A stretch of 63,010 nt of DNA, counting the filler, from Folioceros fuciformis (lineage: Eukaryota): assembly GCA_049999805.1 (NCBI GenBank). It is 39 parts of 39 records of this genome, joined end to end, with 100 filler letters (N's around TTAATTAATTAA, not from the genome) between each part and the next. Parts side by side here need not be neighbours in the genome. Positions count along the whole stretch, not along the records: positions 35,084 to 36,119 come from JBNGIO010002479.1; positions 36,220 to 37,449 come from JBNGIO010002480.1; positions 37,550 to 39,040 come from JBNGIO010002481.1; positions 39,141 to 40,242 come from JBNGIO010002482.1; positions 40,343 to 41,403 come from JBNGIO010002483.1; positions 41,504 to 42,830 come from JBNGIO010002484.1; positions 42,931 to 44,190 come from JBNGIO010002485.1; positions 44,291 to 45,300 come from JBNGIO010002486.1; 31 more parts are not named here. The stretch is one strand, 5' to 3'. This document shows positions 35,681-46,721 of this stretch, in pieces. A program made the position numbers and the translations under genes. The notes under the pieces are model-generated. The model was not told where the DNA came from. It did not search any database and saw only the letters and a program-made list of their open reading frames with translations. Each line of letters begins with the position of its first letter. Position 1 is the first letter of the stretch.

Positions 35681-37549
35681 AGTGCAGGTCAAGCTGCTTC
35701 TTTTACAACGGTGGTAGGTAGGCCTTTTATTATTCCACATCATCATAACATTTTGGGAGCAGTAGGTAGTTTTTAAGAATTATGTTTGAGGGTCTTATAC
35801 CCCTTTTGGTCTTTGGCCCTATTTATGTTGTTCCTCGTATCTTTAGAGTAGATGAGACTTTCTATCTCTTTTTTAATATTGGAAAAAATATTTATGATAT
35901 CCCTTAATTCTAAGAAGGTTGGTACTTTAGATCATATGATTGCAAGGTTTCACGATTATCAACGTTTTGAATTATATGATTATATCTTCCAAATTTAATG
36001 TACACGAAATTTTTGTTTCTCATAACTTATGGGAGTTGTGCAAGTGAAAATAAGGTCTCTTGATTATTTTTAAAAATATTTTGATGGGCCTAAATCATCC
36101 CCACGGATTGGGATGTAGTNNNNNNNNNNNNNNNNNNNNNNNNNNNNNNNNNNNNNNNNNNNNTTAATTAATTAANNNNNNNNNNNNNNNNNNNNNNNNN
36201 NNNNNNNNNNNNNNNNNNNGAGTGTGCTAGTAGACCTGCGTACGTAGACTGCTTGTTTTTCTATTTTTGAATTAAGAAGTCGAAGCACTGATTAATATAG
36301 ACGAATAAAAAATTGATAAATAATCAATGTAGATATGTTCATGCATGTAATGTCTTCCAAAAATGGTAAAAAGCGAATACAAAGTTAGGATCGTACCAAC
36401 AATAGAATGTACCAAACGGGCTTTATGGAATCCAACTATTCTGACTCGACCTTGTTCATGGCTACCTCGTTACTGTATAGTTTGTGGGAGCTCTATGTAG
36501 CATATCCAACATAATACTTTGCATATATAATTCTAATTGTTTACTATACATATAATAATTTATATGTGTTTGTATTGCAAAGACTTGAGGGCATGAGAAT
36601 TCTTAAGTGTGTCTTAGTTGAAAGCATGAGACTTGTGCATTGTAAAGTGAATAGGCAGGGTGGAGACTTGTGTATTACGGTTTTTTATGGAGCGAATGGT
36701 TGGAGAAGAAACCTCTTTTCTAATTAGACTTGTGTACTAAGGTTTCTTGTGGAGAAAATGATTGGAGAAGAAACCTCTTTTCTAATTTCTGTCGTAGAGT
36801 GAATGGATGGACGAGTTGCTAAGCCGAATGAGATGAAGTGAAAGGGTGCTAGGCTAGTGGCATGGAGCTAAGGGTCAAGATCCGTATATATTTGGTAACC
36901 TAATTTGAAAAAGAATTTACCATTTATAATGATATTCTAAATAAACTCTCAATACTTAAGCAATTTTTATAAACTCTCTTAAATTAGAAGATTTTAGTGA
37001 AGGCTCTATATATATGTGTGCAAAGCTTGTACTCATAGTCTTGGTATGCCTCTAGGAATCTCTTATAAACCTATCTTTATAAACAACCATGGGATTTTGG
37101 GGAATATAGTGTTGTGTGTGTGGCTCTATCCCAAAGCGTGACGAGACAATGCAACTAACTCCAACGTTGTCTACACGCAGCAACCTTTCACCTGACCATG
37201 ACACAAGCATAATGACTAGAACATAGGAAGTACTTTGTTCCATGGAGGCTAGTTCTTCAAGACATGGAAATCCTTTGCTCACTTGCAGGAAAAAAAACTA
37301 GAAGAAAACCTTAAGCAACATCAAAAAACTTGTGTGGGTGCGATTGTTACGATTTTGTACTTGCAAAGCTACGAACGAAGAATCTCTCACTTACAGAACA
37401 ACGAACGAGGAATCTCTTACTTGTGGAGTCATGAATGAAGAATTCTCCTNNNNNNNNNNNNNNNNNNNNNNNNNNNNNNNNNNNNNNNNNNNNTTAATTA
37501 ATTAANNNNNNNNNNNNNNNNNNNNNNNNNNNNNNNNNNNNNNNNNNNN

Positions 37550-38090
37550 ACTTGCTCCACAAGGCATCCTTCCCTAATTGTAGGGAGTACCAAACGGTAT
37601 CGTTCCCTACACCCACCCAATTGTAGGGAATACCAAAGGCTATCCTTCCCTACACCCACCTACTTGCTCCAAAAGGCATCCTTTCCTAATTAAGGGAATG
37701 CCAAAGGGTATCCTACCCTAGATCTAGCTACTTGCTCCACAAGGCATCCTTGCCTAATTGTATGTAGTACCAAAGGGTATCCTTCCCTAATAGTAAGGAA
37801 TGCCAAAGGATATATCCTTCCCTAGATATAGCTAATTGCATCCTTCCTAAACCTAGTTATTTACACTTAAGGACATCCTTCTCTTTGGGAACCTAAACCA
37901 AGCTATTTGCTCTTAAGGGTATCTTACTCTTTGGTAACCTGCTTACGTACTTGCTCTCAAGAGCATCCTTCCCTAAACCTAACTTTTTGCTTCAAAAGAT
38001 ATCCCTTTAGGAACCTCCTACATGCTTTCAAAATGCATCTTTTCCTTTAGGACCCGTCTAAATTTTGAAAGCATCTTTTCCTTTAGGACG
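37550..38090. repeat. Degenerate tandem array built on ACTTGCTC..AAGGCATCCTTCCCTA
   Basis: Variants of (G)GCATCCTTCCCTA / GGTATCCTTCCCTA recur many times with irregular spacing. Confidence 0.8.
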
Positions 38091-39703
38091 AGTCTAAGTA
38101 TGAACCGAACCCATCAGCAACTCTAGTGGTAGGTACACTTTTTTTTTCTCCTAGACCATGATGTTTTAGGGCGCTTGGTAGTCCCAAGAATAAGTGCTAA
38201 GCCACTACTAAAGCTTTGAATGATACACACCACTCATGGTCAAGTGGCCTCCATGAGGCATGGTGGGTGGGAGGATGATTCTGGAAGAGGTTTTTCCTTA
38301 TTTTATTTTAAATAAAATCTAAATCTTTAGTACGATCCATGAAGACTGGAGTAGGTGGCGAGACTCCCTAGAAGATATCTTGAATGCGATACTTTGAAAC
38401 TAATCTTTTAGTTTGAAGTGCAACCCTTCCTTCCCCCTTTCTCTTCCCGTTACTCAAACAGTCCGTACGTTTTTTTCTTTTATTTGCTGCATGGTATGGC
38501 CGTAGGAGGCATTATTCCAGGATTTCCGCGAATTGCCGACGCCACGCATACGAGGATACGCATCTGATATAAATAAGGTTTTGTGGGTTGGGAAACACGG
38601 GATATGGGATATCCTGGGGCGTTGAGCTGTCAGGCGGCGCTGGGTGTAGTGTAGATAAGATAGTGCCGGCCAGGCTCAGAAATAATCGGCGACACTTGGC
38701 CCCTCCAAGCTACGACGCCTGGTAACTAGTCATCTCATCGGGGCTGCCCCGAGCCGGGAAGTATCGGACCAGACCGGACCCCGACGGCCCTGCCTCCGCT
38801 CCCCCTCTAGGTTTTCCGGATTCCCTCGCGACAGTGGAACGTGGGTGCCGTAGGCTGGCTGCTCCTGCCTGCCTTCCTGCCTGCCTGTGAATTGGTCGAT
38901 GTCTTTGAGGTTGTGATCGCGAAGGGTTAGCGGGAGTCGGGATCTCTTCCCCTCTGAAGCTGTCTGTTTGGGGAAGGGGTTTGTTTGGTGTGGTGCTCGG
39001 CCGAGTGCGTTGTGCTTGTGTCGTGTCGCATGTGGAGGAGNNNNNNNNNNNNNNNNNNNNNNNNNNNNNNNNNNNNNNNNNNNNTTAATTAATTAANNNN
39101 NNNNNNNNNNNNNNNNNNNNNNNNNNNNNNNNNNNNNNNNACTCGGTCTATATATGTGGTGATATATATTTACAGATGTGGTCCAAGGTGTATTAGAAAG
39201 GAAAGATTAAAGTCTGCAGGTTAGTGAAATACTTGAGTACGATAGAGCGGTGAATGCGATGCCCTGGTGGCGATTGCATGGGAAAGAGAAGATTGGATCC
39301 AAGTGGAAGTGGATCATATTAGGCTTGTTTGGACTGTAAAACGCGGACGCGCTTGGCGAGACTTTCGTTTTCCTTTCACATTCCCGTTGCTGTTACGGGA
39401 AGACCTTTTCAGACGGCAATCAGGACGAAGGGCCTGAGCATCAAAGACGGACTGCAGGGCGTCCGAAAGCCTCCGAAGGCGTGGTGTTGTGTTGTGTAGT
39501 GTAGGGTGCGCGATGATGGGAGGGTTGGTGTGAGTCCCCGGGTTGGGTTGCGTCGCGTCGCGTTGCTACGGCCATCTTCCGTCTCCCTTTCCGTGTTCCT
39601 GTTCTGGCCTGAGGCAGGCACGCAGGCAGGCAGGCACGCAGTCAGGGTAGCTTCCTGCGTTGGTTGCTGGCGCGGGGTGGGGAGCTTTGGACTGGCAGGG
39701 CCC

Positions 39704-40242
39704 ATGGGGTTCATGGATAATGGAGACGACGAACTGGACTACGAGGACGAGGACTTTGGCGAGCGGGGCCAGGCCGGGGGCTCCGGCTACGGGGGCGGTG
39801 CAATTGCTGCTCTGGCCGATGAGGATGTGGAGGACGAGGAGGACTTCGATGACCTCTACAACGACGTGAACGTGGATTTGTTCCCGGCTCCTGCCGCTCC
39901 GGCTCCAGCCGCTGGTGCTGGTGCTGGGGTTGTGAGGCATGCGTCCGGGAGGTTCAAAGTCGGGGAGAACGGGGTTGCGGCTGCTTCTGCGGCTGCGGGG
40001 GCTCCTGGTGGTGGTGCAGTTGGTGGTGGCGGGAGCGGTGCTGGTTCTGGTGCTGCTGCTCCTGTTGTTGCCGCTGTGCCCTCTTCCGCTGCCCCCGCCG
40101 CCCCTAAGGTGGAGTTTGGGGAGGAGGAGTACGACAGTAGGGCAGGCGACGCGGTGTACGGGGACGAGGCGGAGGTGGTGTTTTCCGCGCAGGAATCAAG
40201 AAGGGCCCCTCAGCAGGGGTTTGGTGGCAGAGGGGGCGGGGC
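39704..40242 (+). CDS. CFIm68/CPSF6-like cleavage factor, N-terminus
   Basis: DELDYEDEDFG...GAIAALADED...DFDDLYNDVNV matches the conserved N-terminus of plant CFIm59/68 RRM proteins. The RRM lies beyond the gap. Confidence 0.75.
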
Positions 40243-42930
40243 NNNNNNNNNNNNNNNNNNNNNNNNNNNNNNNNNNNNNNNNNNNNTTAATTAATTAANN
40301 NNNNNNNNNNNNNNNNNNNNNNNNNNNNNNNNNNNNNNNNNNGGAAGCAAGCTGTTGAGCCTTCTAGAATGAGTTAAAGAAGTTGTGAGAGAGTTCTGGA
40401 AGGACTTTAGAAAGATTAGTATGAAGAATAGTAGAAGTGGAGTATGTGGGTGAAGAGTAGGTGGATGATGTTCTAGGATAATGCATAAGTGTGAGAGAAG
40501 ATCAAGAAATTAAGTAGGAGAAGAAGAAGAAAGAATAGATGGAAGAGGTTTTATTTTAAAAGTAAGGGTGTGAATCTGTAGGTGTGTGTGAGAGGGAAGT
40601 TTTGTGGCAGGATGCAATAAGTGAGTAGGTTGGATATTTTATGAGTTGTGGATTGGTTGGAGCACAATGGTACTAAGAGGGGACCTTGGATAATGGTTCG
40701 AATGTGCATGATGAGTATTATAAATGGTGTGGATGAAGTCTGATAACAACATACTCCAGGAGTTACTATGACTACAATTGGGAGTGTTGAGGGAGAGCTC
40801 AGGCTCCTGGTATGAAGTGAATGGTGTAAGGTAGAGGGAGCGAGGAGAGGCCCCTGGCCCCTGCGTGCCGAACAGGAGAGGCCCCTGCCTACCGAACAAG
40901 GGAGAGTCCCTGTCCAAGTCCAAAGATGGAGAGAAGCCTTAAACTGGGACTACAGTTGAACTTCTCAGTAGGCAGAACCTTGCATGACAAAAATTTAACT
41001 CACAAGTTTCAAAGGCTTGAGGTGTGGAAAGTAATAGGAAGAATGTTAGAGAAATACAGGAGTGTGTGGAAATATAGTGTTGTTAGTGTAGACTATGCAC
41101 TAGGCATGTTGTGGGCAAATAAAATTATTGCCATAACATAGGGGAGTAAAGACATGGGTGTAACTACTTGTAATAACTCATGCAAGTATAATAGTGTTTT
41201 CAACACTTGTGCTTTGTGGGATTAATAAAAAGAGTGGTGTGGTTTTAATTAAATCTGAAGTATAAATTAGAGGATACCCTAAACTAAAGACAAGAACGCC
41301 AATTGCATGAGCATCTCGAGTCATCAACAACAACAACATGTTAATCATGAACTTCCCCCTGGACTAAAGACGCACACAAGAGGGGGAGGTTTGTGGTTGA
41401 CAANNNNNNNNNNNNNNNNNNNNNNNNNNNNNNNNNNNNNNNNNNNNTTAATTAATTAANNNNNNNNNNNNNNNNNNNNNNNNNNNNNNNNNNNNNNNNN
41501 NNNCCGGGCCCACCCCACCCCTTAAACCCTTAACGTAACCGATTCTTAACAGCCGGGCTTTCCTAACCGCGTTACCGTAACCACTTCCTTCCCCACACAC
41601 TCACTCCATGGACACCATGGTGTGTGAGTTGTGTACCAAAGAAGAGAAGGAGCAGGGATGCGAGGTGGCTGGCTGGCGTCATCATCATCTTTCCCACAAT
41701 TATCACCCACATTCATGTACTATTAGAGGCGTACGCCCCGGTCCCATGCCCCCATGCCCCCATGCCCGGGACCCGGAACCCGGAACCCGGCCCGGCCCCG
41801 TTCCCGGTACGCACACCCCAGTAATCATCACCTCACCTTTCATTTGTGATCTCCGTCAAACCCTAATCCCGCGGGATTCCCTCCCTTTGACCATGTCCCC
41901 TATCCGTCGTGCTTGCTCTCTGGATCATCCCAACTCCGCTTCTTTCTCCGTTAATGAAAAGAAAAGCATGCAGTACGGTTGTATGCATACATGCATGCAT
42001 GCATACATACATACATACATACATACATAGGAGGGAGAAAGAGGATAGGGCAGCGAGGAAAGAGAAGTAAGTAAGTAAGTAAGAGATAGATTAGGGCCAG
42101 GGGCAATGGGCTGGCCAAATCCTTCGGGAGGGGGAGGCCGTGAGCTGAGAATGGGGACACCGCCACAGCCCAGCCCCAGCCCGATGTGGCACAGAGAGCG
42201 ACACATTAGAGGTAGGTAGGCATGATGCATGCACAACAATCTGACATATTCTATTTGGATTGAGGCTTGTGGCCTGGGGCTCATCAAATTTAGGAGACGT
42301 GTAATGGCCCTTAAGGGCAGGGCAGGGCAGGGCAAGGCAGGGCAGGGAAGGGAAGGGCCCGGCTCCGGGCCCGGGGCCGGGGCCGGGGCCCTCTCCTGGG
42401 CCCAGGCTCGGGCCCGGCCCCGTCCCCGGCCGGCTTTCAGGTCGGTGGGGCCTGCCTTTTGTTTATCAATTGCTAACAGGAGCTTGTGCAGGCGCGACAC
42501 GTATGCGGTTAGGTCCGCTCACGTGGCACGAAGTCTCAGCACGTGTCGCGGGCCAGTAGGGCCAGCCAAGTAGGGCCTGGCTGGGCGTCCCACACCGACG
42601 GCATGGGCCACCGTCGCCTCGTCTTGACCATGACAGCATCCCATCCTCTCCCATTCCACCCTTCCTTCCTTCCTTCCCACCATTATTGTTGCCCGCCTTT
42701 CCTCTCTTTTTTTTTAATATTTCTTTATTCCCCATGCCCATGCTGCTGCTTACGCATGCATGAGCATGTATGTATGTACTACGATCCAGTACCCTTGGAA
42801 GCCTTCGTGAAGCCTGCGCTCATCTTCCTTNNNNNNNNNNNNNNNNNNNNNNNNNNNNNNNNNNNNNNNNNNNNTTAATTAATTAANNNNNNNNNNNNNN
42901 NNNNNNNNNNNNNNNNNNNNNNNNNNNNNN

Positions 42931-43095
42931 CACGGTCACGCCCAGGAGGGCATGCCTGCGGCCACGATCCATAGCGCTCGCGTGCTGAGGCAGAGGTAGC
43001 GCAGCCAGTTCAGCGGGCACCTTGTCGTTATCATTAGCGGGCGCCGGCAACTTCAGATCGGATTCGGGACCAGATGAAGTGAACTTGATCGACAC
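42931..43095 (-). CDS. Bacterial hypothetical protein, N-terminus (possible twin-arginine signal)
   Basis: GGAGG 5 nt before GTG. MSIKFTSSG...PANDNDK...DRGRRHALLGVTV; the ANDN motif is common in alphaproteobacterial proteins. Confidence 0.55.
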
Positions 43096-43335
43096 ATTAA
43101 CCTCCAATGTTTAGGAGGCCATCAAAACATATCGACAGGCAATAAACTTGTTCCATTCGGGGTAGAGTTTGAATTATCTCAATAAATAAAAATACATGAC
43201 GATACTGAACGCCAATATGGGGATAGTTTTCTTGACGTATACATGTAGACTCCCGCGCATCGCCCACGCGGGTGCACGACCCGACACTCCCCCCACATCG
43301 GGAATAGTCCGTTGGCCACAAGCGATGTATGATCA

Positions 43336-44037
43336 ATGGTGAGGATTTCGAGATCGGGGAACTTTATGCCTGCTGATCGCCCGCCACCTAAAGCATTGTC
43401 ATCCAAAGAACTCGTCGACATAGAACTCTTGGCCAGTGATGTTTGCCGGGAAATGAAAGAGAACAAGTACAGCGTCGACCATGATGGATATAAAGTGGAT
43501 CCACCCAGACCCTGGAATCCACGCCGAGAAATCCTTCATCGCAGTGATCCGGATCTACTCGAGCTTCGCCTGTCGGATTTAAGAACGAAGGTGTTCGGGG
43601 TTGGGATGCGTTTGTATCTGCGCGCCCTGAGGGACAAGGGCGTCATTCCAGGAGACACCGCGCTGAAGCAACTGGTGACCTTCGCTACGTTGGCACTGCA
43701 TAATGCGCTGATGACTCGGGTACGTATCAAGGAACTTTGTGACGCGGATGGAACGCCGGTCCCAAACCTGACGCTCACCCGAAACCAAGCGATCATGCAA
43801 TACGACACAGGCTCCATGCCGCACCCGGAGCGATCGATCATCTCCAAGATGGAAAAATGCCATCTTGTGACAAAAGTGAAGATTAACGACACAAGGCTTG
43901 ATCTTCACGCCGGCCCTATCATGAAGAGTTTCCATAAACATATATTCAAGCCGGTAATGGAAGAATTTTCTAAAGAACTGCACGACGTTGATAAGGAGAA
44001 GAAAGATGAGCAGCAGAAAGATCGGAATCGGCCCTGA
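43336..44037 (+). CDS. Bacterial-like hypothetical protein, 233 aa
   Basis: Uninterrupted ORF divergent from the 43095 gene across an AT-richer spacer. The C-terminal half is loosely winged-helix-like. No family recognised. Confidence 0.6.
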   Translation: MVRISRSGNFMPADRPPPKALSSKELVDIELLASDVCREMKENKYSVDHDGYKVDPPRPWNPRREILHRSDPDLLELRLSDLRTKVFGVGMRLYLRALRDKGVIPGDTALKQLVTFATLALHNALMTRVRIKELCDADGTPVPNLTLTRNQAIMQYDTGSMPHPERSIISKMEKCHLVTKVKINDTRLDLHAGPIMKSFHKHIFKPVMEEFSKELHDVDKEKKDEQQKDRNRP

Positions 44038-44065
44038 CGATATCATCCTGGTCGGGCCACAATAG
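44006..44065 (+). CDS. Candidate 19-aa peptide MSSRKIGIGPDDIILVGPQ
   Basis: AAGGAG (43993-43998) 7 nt upstream of the ATG; overlaps the end of the 233-aa ORF. Confidence 0.35.
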   Translation: MSSRKIGIGPDDIILVGPQ

Positions 44066-44677
44066 GAATTGACCGATGCGATAGAGATCTTGGCAACAAC
44101 GTGCGTGCCGAGGGGCAATACGCTTGGGTGTTTCGGCTGAATAAGGCGTCACCCTTTGCAGTCACGATCCTAGCGCGGCTTCTGTCCGCGNNNNNNNNNN
44201 NNNNNNNNNNNNNNNNNNNNNNNNNNNNNNNNNNTTAATTAATTAANNNNNNNNNNNNNNNNNNNNNNNNNNNNNNNNNNNNNNNNNNNNTGTGGGGATA
44301 ACCCCCTTACCGAACCTGTTAATACTTATCGACTACAGGTTGACATCACTATACTTTTATATGTTTTTTTAAATATTTTTAAATAATATTAGAAAGAAAA
44401 TGTTATAATCACCTATTTATTTTCAGCCAATTGACAAATTGAAAGAATATCTAAAAGATTTGCGTGAACAACAAAGGCTTGAGGAGTTAGCACGCAACAA
44501 ACCCAAGGGTGTGCCAGAAGGTAGGATTTGCATGAAAAGAGTGAGGTGAACTTTTTCTCTGTTGAATACGTGTTCAGAACTAAATGCGAAATCACAAGAG
44601 GTTAAAGATTATTTTCTATAAATCTCTTCACATGAATGTTTTTCGTTTTTGCGATACATAATGATTCTAATTCACAG

Positions 44678-45210
44678 GTCCTTACATGAGTTATCTAACG
44701 AAATCGGAATTTGAGCATGGCGCTGTAATAAGAACTGGTTATAGTATTACACAAGTAGGAACCATTTCTTACATTTTTGGAGGTCTTCTTAACAATTATG
44801 GACAGGTACTTAACACATGTTTAGATTATATTGCACAAAGGATGACTTTTTTTTTTTTGCATAGCTTAAGCCCTTTGCTTTCTAATCATAAATAATTGCA
44901 GACAGATGACCTTTTTGCAATCGATGCTCAAACTTTAGTTTGGACAAAACCTGTTACTACAGGCTCAGCACCTGCCCCTCGTGATGGCCATTCTGCTGCA
45001 TTTGATCGTTATAGAGGGTGAGTTATTAGAAGTGTTACCATTTTCCAATCAATAATATTTAAGGAAAATATCATTTAAATTATATTATTTTTAAAAATAT
45101 TCTAATAGTTTCTGTATGATAGTCTATATATATTTGGAGGAAGAAATGAGGAACATAAGCTCTTAAATGACATTGCTTTCCTTGATCTTCACCATTGGGT
45201 GTGGACTAAG
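44678..45210 (+). CDS. Kelch-repeat protein, three internal exons
   Basis: Exons 44678-44805, 44902-45017 and 45123-45210: RTGYSITQVGTISYIFGG, WTKPVTTGSAPAPRDGHSA, LYIFGGRN...LNDI...W.W. Confidence 0.85.
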
Positions 45211-45464
45211 GTAATTAGGCTTTCACAAATGGACAATTGAAAAGATTTGATAAAAAACATCGGCATCTTTATCGTCCAGCGCGTGCATGAACTTTAATCA
45301 NNNNNNNNNNNNNNNNNNNNNNNNNNNNNNNNNNNNNNNNNNNNTTAATTAATTAANNNNNNNNNNNNNNNNNNNNNNNNNNNNNNNNNNNNNNNNNNNN
45401 CCCCGGCACGGAGTGTGGGGGGGGGGGCACACAACAGCACCCGCACCAGAGCACACCTGGTAAT

Positions 45465-45653
45465 TGTTAGATGAATAATAGATTGTACCCCGTCCTAGGG
45501 TTAGATATTTAACTAAGGGTACAAGTCACATAAGTGACCTAGGTTTAACGCGAAACGTTTTTGTATTTAAGGACCTTTTTGCCTTTTGATAATTATTCTT
45601 ACTTGTGCACTTCTGGTTTTTGTGTGCAAGAGCTTCCGCTCTTTTTCTTAACA
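45465..45653 (+). repeat. 5' LTR (189 bp)
   Basis: Begins TGTTAG and ends TTAACA (short terminal inverted repeat), directly followed by the PBS. The second LTR is not in the contig, so the left boundary is inferred. Confidence 0.75.
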
Positions 45654-45666
45654 TGGTATCAGAGCC
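45654..45666 (+). promoter_or_regulatory. Primer binding site complementary to initiator tRNA-Met
   Basis: TGGTATCAGAGCC. Confidence 0.93.
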
Positions 45667-45832
45667 ATTTATTTCTTTGTCTAGATAGTGCATTTACAGA
45701 TGGCATTATTCACATGTGTTAGCAATTTGTTTGTTGCTATGTGTGTAATGAATTGTAATATGCTGCTGCTAGACAAGAGGTTTAATAATTCATGGAATTT
45801 GAAAAATCTACAATGCTAGTAAGCTTGTCTAG

Positions 45833-46456
45833 ATGTTTCGTGTCGATATGCCTCGCAGAAATTTGAGTCGCCCTCAGTGGGCTCCTGCTTATTTCTGCAG
45901 TCACAGATCCAGACGTCAGATACCTTGTGGTCTTCAACAGAATGAGGTAGAAGCACATTGCTTACCTGCTCTTCTGTCACACAGGTTGGCTGAGTCTGTC
46001 TTAGAGTCTCGATCATCTGCTTCATTAAGTAGGGCTCAGCGAAGAGCCATAGCAAGAAGGGACTCTGCAGCATATCGACAACAAATATCTCAGTTAGTGG
46101 ATGATCCAAGTTTGCAACGTACCAGTGTGACTCTGAATTCAAGCATTCTTGAGCGCCTTTCAGCCCTGGATCAGGCTATATCGGAATTGACAGTAGCGAG
46201 CTCCAGAATTGGAACGGTTTCTACATCAATTCTGCGCTTCATTCAACATTCAGAGAGGTGTAATGTTGAGATTCTGAGGCGCCTGACAGATGTGTGTGAA
46301 ATGGTTACTCAACTTGCACATAAACAAGGTTCAGTACTGGTTACCTCTGGCACATCAAAACCTGGATCGTTACTGGCTGATGATTTGAGTATGGAATTCG
46401 GTCAAGCTTTACTGTCTGCAATGCCTCAGAGACAGCAGACAGTGCAGGCGCCCTGA
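45833..46456 (+). CDS. Accessory ORF (207 aa) between PBS and gag, helical/coiled-coil-like
   Basis: Complete ATG-to-TGA ORF with heptad-like ILERLSALDQAISELTV and ILRRLTDVCEMVTQL. No family recognised. Confidence 0.6.
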   Translation: MFRVDMPRRNLSRPQWAPAYFCSHRSRRQIPCGLQQNEVEAHCLPALLSHRLAESVLESRSSASLSRAQRRAIARRDSAAYRQQISQLVDDPSLQRTSVTLNSSILERLSALDQAISELTVASSRIGTVSTSILRFIQHSERCNVEILRRLTDVCEMVTQLAHKQGSVLVTSGTSKPGSLLADDLSMEFGQALLSAMPQRQQTVQAP

Positions 46457-46721
46457 ATTTCCCTGCCTCTGTGGTGATCTGGTGTGTGCATGTTGCGCTG
46501 CCATCTTAGTTTGCTTCAGCATCCAGGTGCAGTGCCTGCGCAGCCAGCTACCAAGAGTCACTGTGACAAGTCGCAGCGGTTGGGTGGTCTTGCCACCTGG
46601 CGATTTTTTTTAAATTAAAACTTAAGGAAACAAATTCAAGGCAGCGTTTCATATTACTTACACTCAATTTAGGGTTACAGTTAGCCTGAAACGTTGTTTG
46701 ATAAAGGGAACGCGCCTGTTC

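Noticed and set aside
41378-41403. AAGAGGGGGAGG followed by TG as a polypurine tract plus LTR start
   Set aside because: Plausible, but it sits at the contig edge with no supporting retroelement coding sequence.
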